Below are positions 51,581 through 60,274 of a stretch of 64,000 bases of DNA, in pieces (within the stretch, counting starts at the first letter, position 1; each line of letters starts with the position of its first letter). Source of the DNA: Iphione sp. A-MEVVRFRX5 (Eukaryota); contig OZ320314.1 in assembly GCA_976226885.1 (NCBI GenBank), forward strand, positions 90,024,001 to 90,088,000. The letters are read 5' to 3'. The position numbers and the translations under genes are program-made. The notes beneath the pieces are model-generated. The model did not search any database. It was not told the DNA's origin and saw only the letters and a program-made list of their open reading frames with translations.

Positions 51581-53527
51581 TTAGAATGATGAAATGTGGG
51601 TAACGAGGGAAGGAGGGACTGATAATCTCTTCATGTAAGGGTGATCATTGAGGAAACGCTTAACTATGGCACGATATTTTGTGGCTGTCGGGAGACGGGA
51701 TAGAGCATCAGCTATAATCATTCTCTCTCCTGGGAGGTGGGAGAAGACCATAGATACATTGAACCGTGCAGCCCTGTACCAGACTGCACGGAGGATCTTG
51801 GATAGGAAATAATCCCTGGTTTTTCCTGAAGAAAGAACAGAAATTGTAGCACTGTTATCACAAATGAGTTCGATTCTTTGGTTACGAGTTTCAGGGGTGA
51901 TGAAGAGATGGACGGCGACGGCAGTATTGAACGCCTCCAATTGTGAAATTGGCAGATGGGTCAATTCATGGGGAATGGATTGAGTGTAAAAGAAATGTGA
52001 ATTATAGGCGCCCATGCCAACGAGACAGGCGTCACAAAAAATAACATCAGTGACTATTGGTGGGGGAATGAGGCGGATCCCATTAAAATGGGGTAAGAAG
52101 GTGAGGAACCAGTTGAGGTCCCTTCTAACAGGGTCAGTAAGCGAGACTGTTTTAGAGTTCTGACGTGAGGATAGTCTCAATTCATGCAGAAGGGAATTGA
52201 TGAAAAATCTGGCTGGAGGGGAACATTTGACTATGTGATTGATGAGGCCGATTATGCTCTGGGCGGTTCTTAGTGGAACATGAGGTAATGAGATGATTTG
52301 TGATATGGCATCCTGCAAATCTGAAATTTTGGAGGGGGGGATTGACATGGTTCGTTGTTTGGTGTTAAAGGTCACACCTAGCCATGTTAGGGTATGGGTG
52401 GGACGAACACATTTTTCGTGAGCTAGCTGAAGTCCAAGATTGGAGATAAATGTCTGAGCATATGAGAAAGCCAAGGAAAGTTCCGATTTAGAGTCTGAAA
52501 TAAGGACGTAGTCATCTAGATAAGCATAGGTGGTAACTGAGGGGTACTTAATAGATATATGGTTGACAATGGCAGAGGATAATTCTTGAAGTAGAAGTGA
52601 AGAGTATCGAGTTCCGAAGGGGAGGGACAGATCAAGGTAGAATTGGTGATTGTAGTTAAATGGAAGCAAGGGCCAGTCTAGCGGGTCAACCGGAAAATAT
52701 CTATATGCTCGTTTTAGGTCTAGTGAAGCAAGGAAGAGAGTGTTGGTAGAGACAGAGATTATATGAGCGATATCGTGGGGGGAAGGGAGCGAGACCTTTA
52801 GTGGATGAGTGTAGTAGTCGTTACGAGGGATACCAGCATTGACCATGGAATGAGAGAGATCGAAAATAACCCTTCTATCTTTTGACTCCTTTTTTGGCCT
52901 GGTCATTATGGGGTTCAATATTCTCGGGTGATCAAAGGGATGTGAGTCTAGGGGCCCTCTTATGGCTCCTAGAGCCATTTCTGTACACAGGTACTTTTGG
53001 ACATGTATGTTGTCGGGAGCATCTGTTGGGTAAGGATCGACATAATCAGGTAGACAATGGTGAGTATACCCTAATGGGAAGCCATATGTGAGGAAATCGG
53101 ATAATATGACGCCCTTATGTGATAAAGGGGTAAGGAATGAGTACCAATTATACAGATTCAATTGAGAAGGGAGGGGAATTCTGGCCTCCAAGAAATTCGG
53201 TAGTGCAGTACATCTCACACAAGAATATACGTTGGCAAGATCTATGGGGAGAGCAGCAGATGGGAAGGGCCAATTAAAAATCCTATGGGATATCATTTGG
53301 TAGTGTGACCTGGAAAATGAAATATGATCATTAACAACTGGGAATTGTTCATCGATGACCAGTAAATCGTACTGGTCGGTGGTGGAGTCGATGGATTCCT
53401 GGCAGATCACCACTCTTGGGCATCTGGGCGCTGCTGGCGCTGGTCCCTCAGTTGTGACGACGTCCAGACCTTGGGCTGCTGTCGGTCTTGTGGTGGTTGC
53501 TGCTGGGCCCTCTTCTTTGATCTGCAT
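51581..53527 (-). CDS. Retrotransposon ORF2, reverse transcriptase + RNase H (648 aa)
   Basis: RT motifs LASLDLKRAYRYFPV, LPFGTRYS, YAYLDDYV, WLGVTFNT. RNase H motifs FCDAC, ISQLEAF, CDNSAT, ADALSR. Overlaps the gag 3' end in the -1 frame. Confidence 0.95.
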   Translation of the reverse strand: MQIKEEGPAATTTRPTAAQGLDVVTTEGPAPAAPRCPRVVICQESIDSTTDQYDLLVIDEQFPVVNDHISFSRSHYQMISHRIFNWPFPSAALPIDLANVYSCVRCTALPNFLEARIPLPSQLNLYNWYSFLTPLSHKGVILSDFLTYGFPLGYTHHCLPDYVDPYPTDAPDNIHVQKYLCTEMALGAIRGPLDSHPFDHPRILNPIMTRPKKESKDRRVIFDLSHSMVNAGIPRNDYYTHPLKVSLPSPHDIAHIISVSTNTLFLASLDLKRAYRYFPVDPLDWPLLPFNYNHQFYLDLSLPFGTRYSSLLLQELSSAIVNHISIKYPSVTTYAYLDDYVLISDSKSELSLAFSYAQTFISNLGLQLAHEKCVRPTHTLTWLGVTFNTKQRTMSIPPSKISDLQDAISQIISLPHVPLRTAQSIIGLINHIVKCSPPARFFINSLLHELRLSSRQNSKTVSLTDPVRRDLNWFLTFLPHFNGIRLIPPPIVTDVIFCDACLVGMGAYNSHFFYTQSIPHELTHLPISQLEAFNTAVAVHLFITPETRNQRIELICDNSATISVLSSGKTRDYFLSKILRAVWYRAARFNVSMVFSHLPGERMIIADALSRLPTATKYRAIVKRFLNDHPYMKRLSVPPSLVTHISSF

Positions 53528-54396
53528 TGGTCCAACTTGTGTTCGAGCTGCTTATTATGAATTATGAAACAAAATGGACATATATGAGTGAGGGACACAT
53601 CATCGGCGGTGTGTGGTGATATTTCAGTGCATTTTCCCCCGAACCATGCTGGGCAGGGGATAATGGTGTCCTTCTGAGCTCCTTGAGCGTCACGTGATGC
53701 TCGGATGTGAGCATTAATACATCGTTGTTTGATGGACTCTATTCTGGCTGTATCAGACCAAGTAAGCCTATCATTGCCTGTAAGGTGCCATATTTCAACT
53801 AGCCATTCCCTAACTGGTGTCCAACCACTTGCCTGGACTTCTTCAGCAGTGTCTCTAATATGGCTAACTAGAGTGAGAATGTCAGTTGGATAGACGATAG
53901 AAGGGTCTAATATCATGCCCATGATAGATGACACGTACTGTGGAAAAGTAAATTTCCTTAGATCAGGCTTATCAGTGTCTGGCATTACAACGTAGGAAGA
54001 TGGGCTGGGACGCGCCATTTTCTTACCTACAGTCTCAAGAGCAGCAGGATACATGTGGGTGAATATCTCCTGGATTTTTGAAGCTGCCTCTGTCTTCAGG
54101 GCTGCTGGTTGGGGTGGTGGTGTGCACTCGTCTGTTGTATTGTTGTCGTCGGGTGTGCTCGTACCGGCTGTAGAGGTAGGAGTGGAGGGGCTTGTAGCGT
54201 CAGCCATTTTAGCTGCCGCTGCACGTGTAGTGACCGTTGGGTTGGTAATTTTCTTGGACTTCTTGGACCCTTTGGACTCCTTGGGTTCTTGGGGCTCGAG
54301 TCTGTCCAAGCGTTCCTCGATTGCTTTCATTTTGTCAAGCATTTTAATCAACAGGTCACCTTCCTCCTCAGTAATACCTTTCTCGGGGTCCGGCAT
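53407..54396 (-). CDS. Retrotransposon ORF1, gag-like protein (329 aa)
   Basis: N-terminal coiled-coil-like stretch (LIKMLDKMKAIEERLDRLE), Thr/Pro-rich linker, and a C-terminal Cys/His cluster (CPAWFGGKC..H..HICPFC..H..H..C) as in DIRS-order gag. First ORF after repeat A1. Confidence 0.85.
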   Translation of the reverse strand: MPDPEKGITEEEGDLLIKMLDKMKAIEERLDRLEPQEPKESKGSKKSKKITNPTVTTRAAAAKMADATSPSTPTSTAGTSTPDDNNTTDECTPPPQPAALKTEAASKIQEIFTHMYPAALETVGKKMARPSPSSYVVMPDTDKPDLRKFTFPQYVSSIMGMILDPSIVYPTDILTLVSHIRDTAEEVQASGWTPVREWLVEIWHLTGNDRLTWSDTARIESIKQRCINAHIRASRDAQGAQKDTIIPCPAWFGGKCTEISPHTADDVSLTHICPFCFIIHNKQLEHKLDQCRSKKRAQQQPPQDRQQPKVWTSSQLRDQRQQRPDAQEW

Positions 54397-54423
54397 CGCA
54401 GCTTACACGTCTGACCCGTTCAA

Positions 54424-54548
54424 CCAACACGACAGCGAATGGTCAAACGACTAATCTAAATATAGCGCCCAAGGCGCCACAGTAGTACAACAGAGGGCAT
54501 CGTGGTCTGCAGACGTAATATCATGCGATCCCCTAGCGGATAGCTTAC
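54424..54548. repeat. Split direct repeat A1 (5' end of the Ngaro element)
   Basis: 125 bp, identical by eye to 50246-50370. Confidence 0.95.
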
Positions 54549-54734
54549 AAAGTTTTAAAAAATCATGTCAATGCCTTTTTACTGCCCTTCTTCTTGCTCC
54601 CGCGAATAGAATCAACAGGAAACTTGTTTGAATAATAAATCCCTGTGTCCATTCCTCAAAACTTTGGAACTGAAAATCATTGTAATTCATATGGTAAAGG
54701 TACTCAACACGCAATGGTTTGGGCTATTTTTCAG

Positions 54735-54921
54735 TGAGGAAGTCTCGGATGAGAAGCGGCTCATCCAGGATGTCTTCCAGCACTACCGTCAGATGGGAAA
54801 GGATGGTCGGCCTGTCAAGAACTCCTCCAGGGCTGTGACTGTCCAGTTTGGTTTAGGCCTAATCAAGATGGAGCTACATGAGCGTGAGAATATGCTCTCT
54901 CTCAGCACGTGGGCCAGATAT
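54735..54921 (+). CDS. Exon of a nicotinic acetylcholine receptor-type subunit (start of the extracellular domain)
   Basis: Acceptor ctatttttcAG and donor GTGAGT at 54922. Translates to EEVSDEKRLIQDVFQHYRQMGKDGRPVKNSSRAVTVQFGLGLIKMELHERENMLSLSTWARY, matching the Cys-loop pattern E.RL...L..Y....RPV....V.V.FGL.L. Ends in phase 0. Confidence 0.9.
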
Positions 54922-57598
54922 GTGAGTATTGGTATGGTACTAATATCGATACCACACACAGTGATCATACATTCTTTAGGATGATTTCGCTTGGACTGTT
55001 TTGTATTTAGTAAGGATTTCACACCTTTTTGGAGCTTTTTCTTTCATACACGTTCTGTCCGCCATGTTTACTTTTGCGACTTTCGGTTTCCTGGTACCCT
55101 GTCCGTAGCACCAAGTATGAACAGCCACTGTAGTGTTGATATTGTCTTGATTCTATGTACGTTAAGCATGAATAACATTCAGTTTAGACCAAAACTTTAT
55201 TGTTAAATTATTGTTAAATTTATTGTTAAATTTCTCTTATAAAAAATCAAACAAGACAAGATTGCAACAGAGATTGCATCATAGGCCTAATAGTACCGAA
55301 CACATAGATTTCTATATAAAAGTGACCACAGACGAGACCAGACAGGAACAGGGACCAATTTTCTTAAGTCTTAGAGGTGTTGTAGAGTAAAAGTTCATTT
55401 GCTTGTGATATCTTCATTACATGTCCGTGTGTCGGCAAGGTGCTCTCTTTTAGCTCCGTGAAATGGCATGACCAGTGCAACTATTGCCTCGATCTTTACG
55501 CGGCCCGAGGGTCCGCTATGCGCAATGCTTCCCTAGTTTAGATGTTTGGATGTCAGTAACACGCGCCTTTGAGCTGCCATGCCCGGATCTTCACCAGATG
55601 TCCATTTCACCTCCAGGTCTGTGTCACATAGATTAGTGGTCCTATTGTGCTCTTCCTGCTGAAGTAACAGTGCACTGTTTAAGAAGCGTCCGGTGACGTA
55701 TCATTAGGTTATCTGAATGCTAGTATTTTCTTTCCCCCTCTGTTTCTTTTTTTCCATTTAATCATTGACGCCCCGTTTTCACATATGCCTGATATTTTGA
55801 CGGATCTGTTGTGCATTGGCTGCAAAGATCCTGCATATTCAAACCAGCCGGTCATCGACATATTGCCAGCACCCTGGCATCTCCATTCCTACGCGTGTAC
55901 AGGAGATCAACCATGTCAGATGAAGATTTAAAGATATTTGAACATTATACAATACATAACAACGAGGTAGAAATTTGTGTGCACAATACACACCATAGAT
56001 TATGATACATACGTGGACACCGGGCCTTCCTACAGCTCTTTATGTTTTGGTTTTGGGTTCCTCTTTTTCGTTCTGTTCTGGCGACAATCTTACCCCATCA
56101 TATTTGAATACACCAAAGTTCTTATAGTCGTCACCTATCAATTGTGACCTTCCACTTTTAAAACCTTTTGTTATCCTGTTTGAAAGAAATGTGTTATATC
56201 AGGCACAGTCTCTTTTGATCATTTGCAATGAAATATTACAAACCGTCACCTGGTTTCAGGCAACCTTTTCAATATTGTTTCCAGTCAGCTGGAATTGAAC
56301 CTGTGTCTTCAGATCGTCTTTCCACCATTTTAACGTACGAGACCATTAAGACATCACATGTATGCAGACATTTTTCACCTACTGTTCTTATTTTCTATCA
56401 ATGTCAGTTGTAACTATATTGGTGACTGTTACCTGTTGGGCGCCCTATGTAGCCCTTTGTATAGGTGACCTGTTAATGTGCCTTCTATAACCATAATTAT
56501 ATTATAGGTGACTGTTACTTGTTTTGAGCTTTCTGTAACCTACTGTTGAAGGACAGACACACAAATTGACAGTCATGCAATGCTTTAAGTTGGAAACATC
56601 TCATTAGAGGCAGTACCTGAAATACTGCTAGGTAGGGATTAGCTCGGCTGCGCCTCAGTAATCCCTTCCTCACAATATTTCACCTACAGCCCTAGCTCAT
56701 GCTCTATCTGACACTTATATCTACTGTGCTATATATTATATATATTCAACTAAATATTGACTGATTATCTGTAGAGAGTAGGTGATTATGATGCGATGTA
56801 TGTAGTTAATGGATGCTGGGGACAACTATGAAACATTGGTGACATATTGGTCACATAATTGGCATTTATTGCGGGAAAGGACATTTCGAGTACAGTAGCT
56901 CCTAGCCAGTGACATACTGCTTGGTTTCACTTGATTTAGCGTGTAATAATGAGGAGCGGAAATACTGGAACCGAACAGTGTCGCAATAGGGAGGGTTACT
57001 ACATTTTATTCTTGGACTTTTCCCAACATTTATCTAGGTCATGAGGCAATATCTGCATAAATCGTTACGGAATTACAATAGCTTATCCCCTTCCTTAATC
57101 TGTTTATATTTCTTCACTTATCAAGTACTTAAGTTCTATCGTGTTATTTTTCCAGCTACATAATTTCACCTAATCCTGTGATACAAATATCCGTCAAAAC
57201 TCCTTGTCAAGTGAACACAAGATTTAATTCTTCATCATTAAAATCGATCTTGTCAAAAACAAGGTTGCAGTCAGTTGATAACCCTTCTGTGACCAATATA
57301 TCCACTCAAAGTGTTTCTATGTAGTGGTTAGAGGGAGATCTATCTCGTAGCTTGATCACAACGGATGGTACACTAAGAGTTAATAACGGAGGAATCATCT
57401 CGTCTAGACTGCTGTCGTCAGCAGGTGCCTGGTCAGTGAAGGGCAATGCACAGCACGGGTCATAGTCAATGACAATAAGATCGTGCGAACCAGTTTCCTT
57501 GGACACAGAGTAGAAAGCCTAATGGGACTACCACAGGAACGTGACCACGCCGCCGTCACTTTCTTTGTGACATTTTCAGAACGTAGCAGATAGCGTTA

Positions 57599-58167
57599 GG
57601 CCCAGTTTCCATATGAGCAGGGGGCTGCAGATGTGTATCCTTGTATACCCTTCTGTATATAATGGACAGGTTGATTTCATTGTGGGATGTTCCATATCTA
57701 TATTGCTGTCAGGCTGGGCTGACATGCTAGAGTGCGTCTGCTCGTTTCCCAACACTGCTTGATAATTTCACCAACACACTCACTGTCCTGGACAGTCCAG
57801 AGGGGAACACAAGTCTTTTTATACACCCGTCACTTCTGCACGTTTACACCCATCCATATATATTTGCCATATTTCCTACTTTTTCCCCCATCAAAGTTTG
57901 CCATTTTTTATACTTTTTCGTCTCAAATTTGCCATGTTTGGTGCTTTTTCTGATCAATCTCGCCATTTTCCTTACTTTTTCCCATGAAATTACCGGTTTA
58001 GCGCTTTTTCCTGACAATTTTTTCATATATTTCAACACTGCTCTGCATTGCCCCACGTGCACATAAAAAGACGACCCCATGCAGAGCATTGCAAGAAAAC
58101 AAAAATTCATGGTGCTGCACCCAGGCCTCTCCCACAGGTTCCCGCGCATAATTATGGAAACCAGGCC
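57599..58167. mobile_element. Non-autonomous DNA transposon (MITE, about 570 bp) in the nAChR intron
   Basis: TIRs GGCCCAGTTTCCATA / TATGGAAACCAGGCC (13/15), TA on both flanks, repeated TTTGCCAT subterminal motif at about 57860-57970. Confidence 0.7.
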
Positions 58168-59821
58168 TACGTTAAATGTCATGAATACGATAATGTCCCA
58201 ACCCTCCTAGTGGTTAGCTTAAGATAAATGATGAACGGGTAACAAGATAACACTTTCTCTACTGGACGTAGAGTTCATTTATGATTTGCAACGATGTGTG
58301 GTGTACATATCATTTATGTTAATAGTCATGTGATGTACGCTTTATCGTGCTGTGCTTTATACGCTGTATTATTTAAAATGTTATGATCGTTTGATGTATG
58401 ATTTGTAATATTAATATACATGTATATGCAGTCATGACGTGATCGTCATCTGTGGGCGACCCTTTGTTCATTATGGTCCATACCGCATTCTGTGATAAGG
58501 TATCATGAACTCACTTTCTTATCAGTACCACTGCCGGGAATGGGAAAAAAGCATTAATTATGCCATGGGGGAGACGCTCCTCAAAGACCCTTACCCATGG
58601 GATTATGCAAATTTCTGAGGAAAAATACACATCCAGTCGAACACCAGCCGACTGAAATGAACGATCTGACTTCGCCTGAAATAGACCAATATTTGCACGG
58701 AGCAGATCGGTATTTTTAAGTGTAAAGTTGATGGCTTCGTCCTTCATAGATTGTTGCAGGTTTATGATTGTTGCAGGCGTCTGATCGCATTGGTACACAC
58801 CTTTCACCATCCGACATTGAAGAGGCAATTCGTCCCTACTTTCCCTTCCTTCATCCTGATGACAGACGGCCACACTTCTGGTCTACCTTGACCTCTCTTG
58901 TCTGGACTAGAGCCATAGGATTTCTTTCTTAAATTGTCCCGTAGCCAATTAGGATACCTGATTTCCTCTTTCACACTAATCATTTCTCCTTTTAATGTCT
59001 GTTTGTCTGTCCCTCTATATCTCTCCATATAATTTCTTTTTAATTTTCTCTCTTCTAGTCCTCATGTACCTCTATCCCTCTGCCTCCGCCTCTTTCCTGT
59101 CAGAGTCTCCCGTCTACATCTATCTCTCATCAAAATGCTCGGAGCTTTCCGCATGTGAATAACTTGAAAAAAGTCTACTTGCAGCGCCCGCCAATAGACC
59201 CAACTCATCAGAGCAAAAAGCCTTGAGGCTCTTCCTCTCTGCTTGGCAGATTGCCCGCCACCTGTATAAGAATCGTTTATTCAACTGCCCATAACGCTGT
59301 CTGTATCTTCTTACATCGGTGTGTGAAGACGGAGTGGTGAGGCTTGGTGTCGAGGGCATCCAAAACCATCTTTGCCCTGGGCAAATGTTATAATCTTCCA
59401 TCAATTGCTTCGTCCGATTCTCCACATACACCTTAAAAACGGATCGTCTTTACTTCTCGATTACTTCCCCCTCTGAAGCATTTCTGCCAATAGAGTTCGG
59501 TTTTATCGATCAATAAACTGGCCTCGCGAAAAAAGAGACATAAAAGCATTGGCTTCTGAGGATTGGGCAGCCCGAAATTCCTTGTGGCGTGTCTATATAT
59601 TTTCATACATTTGTATATATATATAAATTTCCATCTCACATCTGCCTACGGTGGGAAATGTGCTAGTTCCGACGAAAAAAGACATGCTCTTGCAGAAGAG
59701 AAGACAACGTCGGACCGTGCAGTCCCACGTACTGTATGCATCCCCCTTCTCCAAACTCTGTATTTTTATTTTTTCTTAATCTATTCGCAGCCCTTCCCAA
59801 ACCATTCAGTCATTCCCTCTG

Positions 59822-59823
59822 CC

Positions 59824-59869
<46 letters not shown>

Positions 59870-59880
59870 TGTCTCTCTCT
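59822..59880. repeat. (TCTG)n microsatellite
   Basis: Directly visible. Confidence 0.95.
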
Positions 59881-60164
59881 CCTTTTCCACTCACCTTTTC
59901 CCCACTATGTCTCCCTACCCTGCTTGTTGTGTTGCATGTCTCTTTTCATTTTTCTTTCTCTCCAGATTGCCGTCCCTGATTTACAATCAGGTGGTCTTCC
60001 ATCCTCATGAGTTTACTACCTCTGTCACTCTTCCTGTGTCGTTCGTGATTTTTAGTCCAATTTTATTTGGAGCTATAAAAAGTACAAAAATAAAGAACAA
60101 GATTTTATTCTGCTTAGATCAATATGATTTCAAGGACGTCCCTCTGTCTGTATTCCCTTCCTAG

Positions 60165-60274
60165 CGTTGGAGAGACGAGTACCTGCAGTGGGATCCAAGT
60201 CGGTACGGAGACACGCAGTCGGTGAAGGTGGCGCCGGACAAGGTGTGGATTCCAGACATCATGCTCTACAACAC
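60165..60274 (+). CDS. Next exon of the same nAChR-type subunit (loop A region)
   Basis: Acceptor tattcccttcctAG and donor GTGAGT at 60275. 110 nt, phase 0 to phase 2, encoding RWRDEYLQWDPSRYGDTQSVKVAPDKVWIPDIMLYN(T). A 110-nt exon ending just after WxPDIxLYN is a conserved feature of nAChR genes. It joins the 54735-54921 exon in frame. Confidence 0.95.

Larger units (their letters stand above)
49926..54549 (-). mobile_element. Ngaro-type (DIRS order) tyrosine-recombinase retrotransposon, full length and apparently intact
   Basis: Three intact minus-strand ORFs (gag-like, RT/RNase H, YR). Split direct repeats: A1 54424-54548 = A2 50246-50370 (125 bp) and B1 50371-50583 = B2 49926-50138 (213 bp), with B1 abutting A2. 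No TSD and no methyltransferase domain after RNase H, which fits Ngaro better than DIRS1/PAT. Confidence 0.93.

Noticed and set aside
50998-54454. Plus-strand ORFs antisense to the Ngaro ORFs (e.g. 50998-51363, 54053-54454)
   Set aside because: Shadow frames of real coding sequence, with no recognisable domains.
56280-56345. B-box-like GGTTCAATTCC on the minus strand
   Set aside because: No cloverleaf or intact A box; at most a decayed tRNA-derived SINE head.
57306-57506. Minus-strand ORF with YDPCCALPFTD, resembling the nAChR alpha loop C (YxCCxEPYxD)
   Set aside because: Opposite strand to the receptor gene, the following residues lack the VTF.L.LRR motif, and no matching splice sites were found. 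Likely coincidence.
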